From NCBI GenBank assembly GCA_049999805.1, contig JBNGIO010005925.1, positions 37,673 to 101,672 on the forward strand: a stretch of DNA of 64,000 nt. Direction: 5' to 3'. Positions within the stretch are counted from its first letter, which is position 1; each line of letters opens with the position of its first letter. Below are positions 13,021 through 25,329 of this stretch, in pieces. The DNA is from Folioceros fuciformis. Taxonomy: Eukaryota. The notes beneath the pieces are model-generated. The model was not told the origin of the DNA. It did no database searches and saw nothing but the letters and a program-made list of their open reading frames with translations. Position numbers and translations under genes: made by a program.

Positions 13021-16000
13021 TTAAATGGGCCTTGTCGGAATCTTAATCATTTCTGCTTCGAGTAGTTCTCCACTGACCAGGTTGGAGCTGCCGATTACTG
13101 ACCTGTTGATTTTGGGCTCCTGCTGCTTGTGCGTGTGCGACATCTTCCCACCTGATTGACCATGTTGACAGCACGTCAGACCAACGTGTGTCATGAAAGC
13201 CTAAGCAAAAAGCTTAAGAGGATCGAATACACTTACAGAAAAAAATCACAGCCACGTGTCGCACAACGGTAAAATTTTCTCCCACCGTTGTTCGAAGTTT
13301 TCGCAGTCAGCAACACACAGACCTCTTGACAGTTACAAAATACTCTGGCCGAGGCTGTCACAATGAAAAAGTTCAGCACACAATATGGTTGATGAGATGA
13401 TTACCCACCTTGGTAAATGACATAAATGGTGAGTAAGATGATTCACCTGAGAAACGCTCCCCTCCTTGCCGCACATCTCGATTTCGGACTTGCCCTTGAC
13501 CCCGCGCCTGTGCCTGAGGGCATGCTGCAAAACTGTGCCCATCGCCACCGCAAATGGCGCATGATGTTTGATTACCCAGGCCATTGCGATTCCTGGTTTC
13601 TCCATGGCCTACAGCGGGACCTGGCAACGCCGAAAGAAGGATACACGCTGCCAAAAATGCGACGGCAAAGTCATGAACACAGTACACACAGTACATACTT
13701 ACCTGCAGGGGGTGGCCTATTGTTGATACCGCAGATCTCAAACAGCTCTTTCAAGTGATTATCACAGCCCCCAACACACCCTGCCGGTAATAGGCAAAAG
13801 CTTTTTCAGGACGAGTGTGGTAGCTACATGAGCCACTGCTGCTTCAAATTATCACCCACCAGTGCACTCGGTGCTGTACTGAGGAGGTATCTCTGCTCGC
13901 CTAAACTTGAAAAGCACCTTCAGCACAGGACCTGAAGGCACGGCTCTGCACCCTTAGACTGCTGTGCAGACTTATCCGAAGGTAAGGTGTCAACGCACGT
14001 CACTGGAGAGTATTGACAGGTACGAAAGGAAAGGAAGTTTCGGACCTGGAATGCAGGAGGTGCACGCTATTGTTGTTACAGATGCCTCGGTGACTGCTCC
14101 TGGCAACCAGACAACGGCTCTACACTGGAAAGGCCCTCCATAATTAACAGAGGTAGCTACACTCGAGAGCATACAAACCTTAACGCAAGCGGCCGAAATT
14201 TGAATCCTTACACGCGGAAAACCGAGACATCCAACCATGTATTTGCCATCCTGCAGACAAACCAGATGCCACACACGGGGTCGAAAGTTGGCTGGTTCTG
14301 TTGAATCAAGTGTAATGGACAGAAAGCGAGGAATTAGACAGCTACCGGCTTCTTTTTAAGCACCATGTTTGACTCCTGACAGTTTGGGCATAGTCGCACA
14401 AACTCTCCAACTACTCGCTGATCCCCTCCCTGAGTCCTGAGAGCACAATGCATGGGACGGGGAACCTAACTTACACGTAAATTGCGAGGACTACAAGTCA
14501 ATGTAGACGCACCTCTCAAAGAATCTTCCCATCGCTTCTAAAAGTTTCTGCTTTTGCAACGTAGCCTGAGAATGAGCAGAGAATGTTAGGCCTACTTTCA
14601 TTCGAGCTCACATGTAAACTCAAGTAAGAAACATAAGACTACTCACATCCATAAAGCAGGTTTTCATTTGCTGGAGGCAACTCTCCAGGACCTGAGCTTT
14701 GCTTTTAGTGCCAATGCTCACCGCCTTCATATCCTGCTCCATCATCGCACGTAGATAAGGTTTCCAGAGCTCATACCTGCAGGTGAATGCTGTTGCTCAA
14801 TACAAAGCAACGGAAGAGGTGGTACGGTCAAGCACGGTTCTGGCCACTGCAACGTACCCCATGTCATCGTAGCCCATGACAAGGGCCTCACCCTACCACA
14901 GACAGATGTCAGATAAGTACACATTACATGAGAGATTTTCAGATGTACATTGCTGCTAAATAAGCAAGCCACCGGTCAATGAAGCAAAGTGGTACTAGAT
15001 TTGTAGGACAGAAGCGTGTGTTGGCATCCTTTGTAGCATAGCTTCGATCCAGCAATTTTTTAATATGATCATGCATAGTTGCATCAGTTCCTATACCAGC
15101 CTACAAAATAAGAAACAGACAGATCAGAACATATCTAGTAATTGATGGTTAGAGAGTAAAGAAAGCGAGATATGTCACCTTGTCCATCAAGCTGATGAGA
15201 TCAGCTTCACTCAACAGCGGTGGTGGAGTCGTAGTACCTTGGTCAAGTGTCAACCGAGAGGGAACGAACTGGCACATTCAACCGATAGCATAGTCTGGTC
15301 ACTGCCCATGTAATACTTGCATAATGTAACTGGTCCGCCCTTACCTGTTGGCCTTCTTCAAAATTAGGGATAGTGTTGGCACCCCAGCTTTCAAACCTGT
15401 AAACTTCCAGATAGTTTCTCTGCACATTTGACAACCCAATAATCCTAACAATCTAGACAGTGCCAGGAAAATGCAGATGGCTCGGTATCGTGACCTTACT
15501 GCTGTAATCATGAGGCCCGTAGCACGAAACATCTCACCAGCAATATCTATCACTGCTGTAGTTCCATATCCCACAGCTGGCTGGGAAACACAAGCTAGAA
15601 AATGCCGTGTAACAAGCTCATAGATTTGCTGCAAGTGGCGTATATTAGAACATTGTACAGCAGACTCACCTGAAATCCAGCGGTATCTAGCAGCTGAGCG
15701 CAATCCTTTTTGGTGTACATTCAGTAGAAACTAGTACCTTCTGGGGATTACCCCATTGTTGCTCTCCCTGAGATAACTTGGTGGGGTAGATTGGAGGATG
15801 GGCTTGATCATTGTGGCCTCCATTACTTGGCTGCCGAAAGAGATTGGTCCCAGGATCTAACAGCCTCTCTGCATAAGTTCCCCAGACTGGATGTCCTGTC
15901 TGTTCCCTGATAATACCCTGGAAACAAATAAAAAGGGGCCTTGCAGACAGTGATCAAGCCAGGAGATTTTATGATATCGAGGGGAGGAAAAGGAAAGCTC

Positions 16001-17629
16001 TGTCGGACATGGCGTACCATTAAGTCAACAGTCCCCGGGAAGAAGTCTGTCTCAGTCCTCGGATAACTGATGAAACCTGCCTGATACAGCTCCTCAGCCA
16101 CCTTCATGGTTTGTTCTGATCCCATTCGGAAGTAACGAGATGCACGCTTTTGCAGTTCCACAGTATTCAGGGGATGTGGGGGAAACTTCTTTCGCTCTTG
16201 ACCTTTTACCTCACAGACCTGGAAAACGTGCGTGGTGAAGTGGGAACCCATAGCTGAGTAAACAGAAGTGCTCCTGGCTCCATAATTCCAGTTCATTTTC
16301 TGAGCTTACCGAAGCAGTTGGCTCTTCAATACACATTTCATACAGCATAGCCGCAACAATGTAGTCGAATAGGTGCCCACGCCTACACATTCAGAAAGCA
16401 AGGGCAGGAATGTTGAATCACATGCAAGGATTTCCAGAAAAACAGAACAGAAACTGCGTTTTTGGAAAAGCGTGATACATACACCCAAGTGAAGTTTGCC
16501 ACCGCACTTCCATCGTTATACACACAGCTAATTTTCCAAAAATCCTCAGGCACATGAGCCTGAACTTCCCAGTAGCGCTCCACTACGAAGCCTAAAGTTG
16601 GAAACTTGCAAAAAACAATCAAGTGTCGCACGTCATGCAAAGCTGCTTTCTCCAAGCACTTCAAACAGGAAAGAATCAAGGGGATGTCTGGCCAACCTGA
16701 CAAGGCCCGTAGCTCAAAATAGGTTTCCTTTCTTCTTCGAAGGGCAAGGCGAAGCTATCGGCCAGCAAGATAGTCTGAAACCGAGTGAAAGAGGCTCCAA
16801 TGCGCAAATCTATCTCCTGTTCACTGCGTTACATCAGAAACTATCAATGCAGAAGCCAGCAAAACAGTGTTTATTTATGCAAGCTACGGCTTCCAACTGA
16901 TGTAACTTCCTTACCTGCCGAGCATCAACCGCATCAGAATAAAGCTGGTTTGGCCGACCTAAGTGCTGAGCTGCCTGATGGACGTCTCTGCGCGACCTTA
17001 CACCTTGCTGTCACACAATGCTCGAAGCGTAAACACAAAGCAAATTTCGCAAAATGTGGCCTAGCTCATCACGACCTTTCCGTAAGCGCCGAGAAATGGG
17101 CCCGCCAAATATTGAGGCGAGAGTTTGCCGAGCGGCAAACGTCCATGACTTCAAACGCAATATTCTCCCCCTCACGATCACAGTCGAGCCAAAGCACCAG
17201 CCACTGACAACGCCTGGCCTCCTCCTCCAGCGTTCGCTGCAGCGCTTGCTTGTCCTGGCAACACCGGGAGCCACATAAACGAGAAGCCACACACACACAA
17301 AAAAAAAAAAATCTTCCTCTCACCGAGCTCCTTATCATCCAAGAACCGACCTGAGGTACATACTTCCGCACCGGTGCCTCGTACAGCGCAACCGGATCAC
17401 ATGAATTCCACTTACGGAACCTCTCTTCGAATTCCAGCTCCATCAGATGCCCGCTCACGGACGTCATGAACATTAGGCACTGCTGGTTCCCGATGGTGTA
17501 ACCGAACTCGAAGATCTTGTTGTACCGAGACCGGCCTTCCCGCACCCGCACATTGTTCCCCGACAGCAGCTGGGACACGGATTTGGCCACCGACGGCTTC
17601 TCCGCTACATTGAGCACCCGAGTGGCCAT
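13021..17629 (-). CDS. TOP3A: DNA topoisomerase III alpha, multi-exon; last exon inferred
   Basis: [70 protein letters not shown]-terminal Cys clusters and knuckle [15 protein letters not shown]; stop at 13021 is tentative. Confidence 0.93.
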
Positions 17630-18190
17630 CGCGATTGTATCACATCACTCGACAGAGCAGGCAACTTGGCTGCTGCAAACGTTCCTGCTACCGCTGGCCA
17701 ACATTCGTATCGGGAGTAGGAGGGAATGGCGAGATAACTTAACAAGCTTCCGGTTAACCCTTGTTTGCGAAACCGTCAACCTTTTCAAACACCTTTATTG
17801 TTAGCCGAGACGAGTGGCCACGCACGGTCCCCACATATCCATATCGCGCGTGGATAAGCAAGCAAGCGTCTGGCCTGCGACTGCTTTCCACGCGCTGTGC
17901 CTCATCAAGCCTCACAGCTCCATCACAGGTCCAACTGCAACCTTCACTCCTGCACGCTGCGCCACGCCTTGCCGCCCTGTGCCATTGTCTGTGGGGGTAC
18001 CAGATTTTCGTCTTTCTTACGAAGTGTGCTTTTCCTGCTGCTGTCACGGCAATGCGCTTTGCTCCTTGTTTCTGGGATCCTCTGCAGCTGCGCGAAATTG
18101 AATGTCGTGCCTGTTGTGGCAATCGAGGTGTCGGAATGATTGACACGGACTGATTTTTTCGATGCTGAATGATGTTTAGGAGCAGGAGCG

Positions 18191-18574
18191 ATGGAGGCAA
18201 TGCAGGTGGCAGCCAGCTGCTCGGCACCCAGCGGCGTGTCGCTGGCTTCGGCGTCCTGCCAGAGGAGGTCGGCTGCTCGCAGGCAAAGCGCTGGAGTGCG
18301 GATGTTGAGCTCTTTCGGGGGGCTCAAGGCGGAGAGCAAGGTATCAAGTCTTGGAGTGGCTTGCAGCACAGAGCAGGAGTTCGCTAGCCTGGTGGCTAGA
18401 TGCCGAGCTGTGGGGAGCGGTGCGTCCAGAGGAGGTGCTGCGGCTGCCACTTGCAATGTGGGAGAGGAGATTTTGACGGTCGTACCCATCATGAGCGGCT
18501 TGGTCCTGGTGGGCATTGCTATCGGCTTTGTCCTCCTTCGGGTGGAGGCGGCTGTGGAGGAGTCGGAACAGTAG
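18191..18574 (+). CDS. PETM: Cytochrome b6f subunit VII with plastid transit peptide
   Basis: Single exon; SFGGLKA transit motif, then EI.....[25 protein letters not shown]. Confidence 0.92.
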   Translation: MEAMQVAASCSAPSGVSLASASCQRRSAARRQSAGVRMLSSFGGLKAESKVSSLGVACSTEQEFASLVARCRAVGSGASRGGAAAATCNVGEEILTVVPIMSGLVLVGIAIGFVLLRVEAAVEESEQ

Positions 18575-19602
18575 AAGCAGAATTTATTCATGCCATCTGC
18601 CTGCGCACACGCAGGAAGGAAGGTTGTGGTGTCCGGCCGGGAATGCCAAGGCTTGGTGTATTTTAAGATTGAAGCACCACCGTTCTCACCGGCGTTGTAA
18701 CTTGTTCTTGTGCTGGGAACTTTGGGTCTTTGCCACGACTTTGGATTTTTGTATGTGGGCCATGAGAAAGATCAGACTAATGGACCCATCCTATGCAGGC
18801 GACTGAAGTACTGTCAAGACACGGAAATGAACAGCAGGCGTCCTGTAAACTGAAATAACATCAGACACCAATGCTTTCTCCTGATCTGTATACTGTAGCA
18901 AAACACAGTATAAATGACACGCACGGTCTTTGTGGACTTGCCCAGGCAGGGGTAACGGTGCCAGTAGAAAGGTTTCCCACTTCGAACACCTACCTGCTTA
19001 TGAAAACCTTGAGGCTTCAAGATATAGAAGCTACGACGAGGACGTTCTCGAGCTCAAGGAAAAGGTTGGAAAGAATCACAAGCAACAAACTCTGAAAGAG
19101 CGGACGTCACCTCATACCGGAAACGAAAGATAACTTTCCAGTGTTTTCAATCAGCACATCCCCCTGTCCTACATATTCCCCGTCCCCGTGGCCCACTGGC
19201 AAACTGTTAGAACTAATTTCTGTGAAACGTTCTGGAAGTGAATTCAACATGTTACCGGGTGCTCTCATGGGGACATGCACCTCATAAAAAAGCAAGTGAC
19301 TGACCAGAAAACCTACGAAACAGGCACCTGAGTCGGCTGATTTGGACTCACGGCCACGGCTTGTGTCGCATTCAAGAGGCTTCAAACGTGATGGAGACAT
19401 CGTTTGGATTGCTAAGCTAAGCTTTGTAGTGCGAAGCAACTGTCAAAATGCTTCTACAGATGGCTAGTGTCTGCACCATTCCACCATGAACTAGACAGAT
19501 CCCCAGATAAACCATGCTCGGTATCCAGCGTCATATTGCTCCATACACGTTCTCGAACTGTCCAGCACTCCTGAGAGTGGCAGGGGTCATGTTTCCTCTC
19601 AC

Positions 19603-19793
19603 GTTCCTGAATCATCCGGGGACCATAAATTGCATTGCCAAGACTGGGTAGGCAGACTTCTGTGACAAAACTATAGCAAACTATTGACCAAATTTCCCTC
19701 TTACATTCCTGAATCATCCGGGGGGCCACAAATTACCTTATCAAGACTGGGTAGGCAGATTTCAGTGACAAAACTACAACCGACTAATGACTC
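19603..19793. repeat. Diverged tandem duplication of about 100 bp downstream of RPL18A
   Basis: TTCCTGAATCATCCGGG...CAAGACTGGGTAGGCAGA...GTGACAAAACTA occurs near 19603 and near 19706. Confidence 0.8.
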
Positions 19794-19919
19794 CCAATCA
19801 GAAGTCAAAAAATTGCTCAAGACAATTGAACTCATTTTGGAGAAAGCCGTCCGGAGTAGATCCAATTCATCAACTAACTACCTCAAAACAGAGAGGGAGG
19901 CTCCGTCGCCATGTAGACT

Positions 19920-20820
19920 CTACACAAAGGTGTTGGGTCTGGAAGCCTTGAACGTGGTCTTCAACTTCCTGGTGGGGGGCCTGATCTTCCTGTAGGTCAG
20001 AGGGAACTTGATGTTTCCGTTGTGAAACTGCTTCGTATTCTCACGCTTGCAAAGGGCAACGGGAACAGTGGCAGTCTTGATGATCTGAATACAGGGGAAT
20101 CGAACCCTGTGCCGAGAAGCCATCTCGTCGTACATCTGCTCCACAGCGCCGTTCATGGTGGTATCCCTGTACTCCTTGTACATGTTATGATAACCTGTGC
20201 GACTTTGATACCTAACCCAGATCCCAAAATTCTTGATAGTGGTCGGCTTCTTCTCGAAAATCTGCACACCACACACCACAGCACCATCAATTCATGCCAC
20301 CAATCCGGGCAAGCCTTCAGCACAAAACCAGGAACAACTACAGCGCATAGTGAAGAGCCCTAATTACCTCGTTAATCGCAAGGATCTGTCCATGCGACTT
20401 CTTCACCTTCTTAAGCTTCCTCAAGAAGTACCTATCAGAAATCGGCAACAAGATCCACCACCACACTGAGCCCGCCCACTTCCTACTCACACAAACAAAC
20501 GAACGGGAAAGCTCCCACAGCATGCTACTGCTTACCAAAACTTGGACTTCGCACGAACTTCGTTCGTGGCCCAGAGCTTCATCCGGTAGATCTTCGGCTG
20601 CTCATTGGTAGGGGAGGGCAGTGCACGCCCTACCACCTGGTACTGGTGAATCTGTGCACACACACAGAAAGGGACAGCAAGACCATCATTCCAGTCCTCG
20701 CCGCCCTCAAGCCAGCCCCGGTGCAGCTGCAGCTGAGGCCCCCACAATCCATCGATAACAACAATCTTACAAACAAAGGCGCGGGCACAGGAAGGAAAGG
20801 TTGCATACTCGGAAGCTCAT
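19920..20820 (-). CDS. RPL18A: 60S ribosomal protein L18a (eL20); exons about 20820-20809, 20652-20536, 20432-20369, 20261-19920
   Basis: [63 protein letters not shown]...[19 protein letters not shown]...[10 protein letters not shown]. Confidence 0.95.
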
Positions 20821-21229
20821 GTCGCAGGGGCCGGCTGACCTAAGGAAGTGCTTGCGTGAGTCCGCTAAAAGTTTCCACGATCTTGCTTCCCGGCTTTACA
20901 AGTACTTTGAACCCCAAACCCTTAAAATCCCTACCCGGCTCGTTGTCCTTGTAAAAAGGTAATTAGCTCGATTCTTTTACTGGCAGAGCGTTCCTCCAGG
21001 ATCTCCTACCCCACAAGACTCACAAGCCATTGGCCTGCCTGCCTCGAGGACGGCGCGGCGATGGCTCGTCCACGGTATGGTCCTCCCCGACGGCAATTTC
21101 TCGAGCGGCCCAGAGCCGAAGCACCACCGTGCCTCAACGCCAGATCTTTGAGGCTCGTCGACGGGGACGGGTTTGATTTGGGCTGGAGGAAAGCTGCTGG
21201 CGAGCTCGATGGCTGTACGTCTTCTTATT

Positions 21230-21960
21230 TTCTTGCTGGATACAGGCTATCTTCTACTAACGGTGTTCCATGTGACTCTGTACCTCGCATGATACGAGCA
21301 AGCTTCCAGCCTTATCAAAATGGCCAGCACGCCCAAGACTATCAGTCACCCAGTTGTAATGCGCAAAAGTAGGTGCGATGCCATACTACTCAGCCATGGA
21401 ATCAAATTGCTTGAGACCCTCATCCACTAGTCCCTCATGGACTGCATGCTACTAAAAGGCAAGTGAAAGTCGCACCATTCGGCTGCAATCAACATCTCCT
21501 CAAAACGAGCCAGTTCCTTGTCACCTGCATCACAAGCCCCACACCCAGATCTCAGTGTGGTCCCATGGCACCACATCCTGTGTGGGCAAGCTGTTAAAAA
21601 CCCGACGTGCAGCTTCCAGTTCTCCACGTTTTGCATACAGGTCCAACAGGCAGTTGCCCAACACTACGTTATCCAGCAGTCCTCTTTTGACCATCTGTGA
21701 GTGCAGCTGCCTGCCCTTCTGTATCACCAGTGCCTGCACAGGACTTCAGAAGGCAAACAAAAGTAACATCGTCAGCCAGAGTGACCCCCTTCTCCTCCAT
21801 TTGTCCTTGCCTTGCCCCAAGAGCTCAAATTGGAGGGAGAGGCACCATGAAGCTGTGCATATCCAAGGAAACATGCTGCTCATCAACCCAAGCTGGCTTA
21901 ACCATGCTATCTAACCATGCGACCTCGCCGGACCCTCCTTACGCCGGAAGTCAGGCAGAG
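21230..21960 (-). pseudogene. Degenerate PLS-class PPR gene fragment
   Basis: GRQLHSQMVKRGL.DNVVLGNCLLDLYAKRGELEAARRVF, and frameshifted ACS.EGLVDEGLKQFDSM..*YGIAP..HY....LGRAG. Confidence 0.8.
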
Positions 21961-22416
21961 AGGAGCTGTGCTTGTCTCGTCTGTTGTCCCACCACTAGGT
22001 AAGATCCAGAAAAGATTGCTCTTGGCGACGAGCATCGCTTGTAAACAAGTCACTAACAACACATGTTGTCGGAAGTGCAAGTGCTGGGCTCCTTACACTA
22101 CTGCACCTGGAGGCGTGGGTGTTTGCTAGAGGCTGACTCCCTGAGGAGAGGTGAGTAGGAGCTCCTCTTGGAATCCCTAGGGAGTACACACACCAATTTG
22201 TTGGGTCCGTAGAGGGTCCGGATGCCATACTGTGGCCCTCGTTCAGGGACCGCTGGCGCCAGCAGATGAGGCTGACAACAGGCTAAGGCAGGATGGCCAG
22301 GATGAAACAAGACAGACAATTGGAACGTAGCCTGCCATGGTGGTTGCCACTACCCCTTCAATCCGCTTCAGGGGGTAACAAAACAACACACCACACCAGA
22401 GTAACACAGTTGGGAC

Positions 22417-22568
22417 ATAGTCTGACATGGTTGCCAAAGACCTAGATGGACGTGTCCCCTTGAGCACCTAGGGCAATATGTCTACGACCCGGATAGTCTG
22501 ACATGGTTGCCAAAGATCTAGATGGACGTGTCCCCTTGAGCACCTAGGGCAATATGTCTCCGACCCGG
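22417..22568. repeat. 76-bp tandem duplication (2 near-identical copies)
   Basis: ATAGTCTGACATGGTTGCCAAAGA.CTAGATGGACGTGTCCCCTTGAGCACCTAGGGCAATATGTCT.CGACCCGG at 22417 and 22493. Confidence 0.9.
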
Positions 22569-23618
22569 GTTTTCATTTCTAGATCCTCGAAAGAGGCATG
22601 GGTGCGTGCGTCCAGATGTGGATGTCCAAAGTAGGTACAATAGTTATGTGTGTACATTAGTGCTGCTCAAAGGCATCCTTAGCTAACCAGATCATTGGAC
22701 GATACTGCACACTCCTCCTGTGGCAACTTTGGAGGAAGCAGTTCAGGCCTTTCCCCCCGCGCCCAATGTCATGTTCCGACAATGGCAGTCCCCTCAGAAT
22801 TTCACATCTTCAGTTTCAATCGTGGGTATCAGGAGTGTGGGGGTCTACAAAGGCGAGCAGTGAGTGTGCAGCGCCGAAGTGTGTACCCATCGTGTGTCGT
22901 GTCTCAAAGGCATTCATTCATCAAGGTGCGTGCCATAGAGAAGACCGCGTGTCGGGTAAGGCGGTCCACGAAGATTCATCAGTCAGGATAGGACAGGACG
23001 TTCTTGGAATGCATCTGAGGCCCTATGGACGTGTTTTCCAATTGTGCCTGCTCCTCCTGGACTGGAGAGAGCCTCGCAAAGAATCTCAAAATTTGCACAC
23101 TACAGGAATGTCTTTCGGTGGTGGGCACAATGAGCACTCTGTGATTGATGGACATAATACGCGTACAGTACTCAGTTAAAAACTCGAGACAGACTAAACC
23201 CAGGCCCTCTATATGCACCGGGGCAGGGCAAAGGACAAGAGCGCTGCAGTAAGGGTGGGCGTTCGGGCCGTTCGCTACATCGGTGCGAACATTCGCGAAC
23301 TACGTAGGTCCCTAAGGTTGATGTGCCGAGGGGCTGGACGGAGCCGCGACCTGGTCCAAATAAGCGTAAAAGACGAGAGCATCAACAACAACCTGAGGCC
23401 TGAAAGATCCAAGCCTGTCACAGAACCTAGTCAGGAGGATGAAACTCATCTCACCTTTTCTCTCGCAATTCCTTCATTTGCGAAGTTTGGTGGAGTCAAA
23501 GGTTGGGCCCAACGAAGGCTGGAGGAGGCGGATGGAGGCAACGCCACCCGCGCCATCGGGCTCGCATCCACACAATTCAACTCGCGGGACGAAGCCTAGC
23601 TGGACCGCCCGTCCGTGT

Positions 23619-24312
23619 TCAATCCACGTGTGGCGATCCCGCCTGGAGAGATTCCCACAGCTTGAGAGACCTCTTCTTCAGCTGATCACACTCAGAAGGG
23701 TCCACACACGTCCCCATGGCATCAAGCAGCTCAATGTACTTACGTCCCCCATCCTCCGGAACCCGAAACGCGAGATCCTCCAGGCTAGACGGCAGCACCG
23801 TGTCGGGAAGCTGGGAGCGAAGAGTAACGAGGGTCTTGCCGAGAGCGGCAGCTTCCTTGCAGCCAAGCAAGCTCTCCCGCACCCGCTTCCCCGGAANNNN
23901 NNNNNNNNNNNNNNNNNNNNNNNNNNNNNNNNNNNNNNNNNNNNNNNNNNNNNNNNNNNNNNNNNNNNNNNNNNNNNNNNNNNNNNNNNNNNNNNNCCCG
24001 GAACGTCTTGAGCGCGTTCCAGCAGGGTTTCCAGCGACCCGTGCTCCCGGATGAGCTTGACCGCCGTCTTCTCCCCGATGCCAGGCACGCCAGGGATGTT
24101 ATCTACGGCATCGCCCATGAGAGCCAGCACATCCACAAACTGACACGGCTCCAGATTCCCGTACATGTCCTTGAACTCCTTCACTCCAAAGGACACAATC
24201 CCGGAGCCCTTGGGCAGCGGCCGCAGCAGGCGCAGCGATGGCGAGAGCAGCTGGAAGAAATCCTTGTCCACAGACGCAACCCTAACCTTCATCCCGGCAG
24301 CCACAGCCCGCA
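23619..24312 (-). CDS. OEX1: Organellar 5'-3' exonuclease (Pol I 5' nuclease / FEN-like, OEX1-like); 5' part lost in a gap
   Basis: VRVASVDKDFFQLL, FVDVLALMGDAVDNIPGVPGIGEKTAVKLI..HGSLE.LL (H3TH), LRSQLP; frame is continuous if the 100-N gap is closed. Confidence 0.85.
23897..23996. other. Assembly gap (100 N), probably zero-length
   Basis: N run; both flanks share CCCGGAA. Confidence 0.95.
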
Positions 24313-24712
24313 NNNNNNNNNNNNNNNNNNNNNNNNNNNNNNNNNNNNNNNNNNNNNNNNNNNNNNNNNNNNNNNNNNNNNNNNNNNNNNNNNNNNNNNN
24401 NNNNNNNNNNNNNNNNNNNNNNNNNNNNNNNNNNNNNNNNNNNNNNNNNNNNNNNNNNNNNNNNNNNNNNNNNNNNNNNNNNNNNNNNNNNNNNNNNNNN
24501 NNNNNNNNNNNNNNNNNNNNNNNNNNNNNNNNNNNNNNNNNNNNNNNNNNNNNNNNNNNNNNNNNNNNNNNNNNNNNNNNNNNNNNNNNNNNNNNNNNNN
24601 NNNNNNNNNNNNNNNNNNNNNNNNNNNNNNNNNNNNNNNNNNNNNNNNNNNNNNNNNNNNNNNNNNNNNNNNNNNNNNNNNNNNNNNNNNNNNNNNNNNN
24701 NNNNNNNNNNNN
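24313..24712. other. Assembly gap (400 N)
   Basis: N run. Confidence 0.99.
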
Positions 24713-25291
24713 CTGCTGCTGCTGGACTGAAAATGACTCCTACGCATTTACCTGCGTTCCGTTTATGCGTGCGTTTCGTTTCTGTTTCTTGTGCGAGTGA
24801 CAGTTGAATGGCGCCAGCCAGTACATAGTTTCAAAGTTTGGTTTATAAGGCCCAAGCCATTTCCTTGGCATTTAGAGCGTCTACAGGTTACATTCTCCTA
24901 ACAAAATCAAAACAAATATAGGAAAAAAATATGATGGTTTTTTTCTCTTCCCCACTATTTCCATTAACTTCCTACCCTATTTTGACAGAGCCATTCATGA
25001 AATGATTCGAATGCCTAAAGCAACGGTTGCTCCACATTTGTTGAGAGACCAAAGAACTTTGGTTTATGCGACAGACAAGATGGTCGATATTAGTTAAGAA
25101 TTCCCTCTACATAACATTTCTCAGAGCAATCTATATCACCTCTCAAAGAGCTCTCGGTGCATATTCTCACCAAATACCAACTTCATCACATGCAACATAC
25201 GCAATTACAAAAATTTCTTCATCCACATATGATAAACACAACTATGCATGGCATTGCATGCTAACAAAGAGAATACAAGGCTATCACGTGT

Positions 25292-25329
25292 GGGTTTAGG
25301 GTTTAGGAATTTTTAGGGTTTAGGGTTTT
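25292..25329. repeat. Short interstitial telomere-like (TTTAGGG)n tract
   Basis: GGGTTTAGGGTTTAGGAATTTTTAGGGTTTAGGGTTTT. Confidence 0.7.

Noticed and set aside
17944..18591. 215-aa minus-strand ORF and other long antisense ORFs (e.g. 86-628, 7000-7632, 38068-38652)
   Set aside because: They overlap well-supported genes on the opposite strand and have no motifs.
19603..19793. Tandem box C/D snoRNAs downstream of RPL18A
   Set aside because: Only GGATGATT resembles a C box; no canonical RUGAUGA/CUGA pair with a terminal stem.
22680..23100. Second PPR pseudogene fragment on the plus strand
   Set aside because: Faint PPR-like wording, but too degraded to support without an HMM search.
23619..24312. 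Bacterial polA contamination or recent horizontal transfer
   Set aside because: The C-terminus has the plant OEX1-type extension and stops without a Klenow domain; flanks are plant nuclear DNA.
24008..24800. Long ORFs spanning N runs
   Set aside because: Artefacts of translating assembly gaps.
25292..25329. True chromosome end or fusion scar
   Set aside because: Only about four imperfect TTTAGGG units in one orientation; such short tracts are common in plant repeats and promoters.
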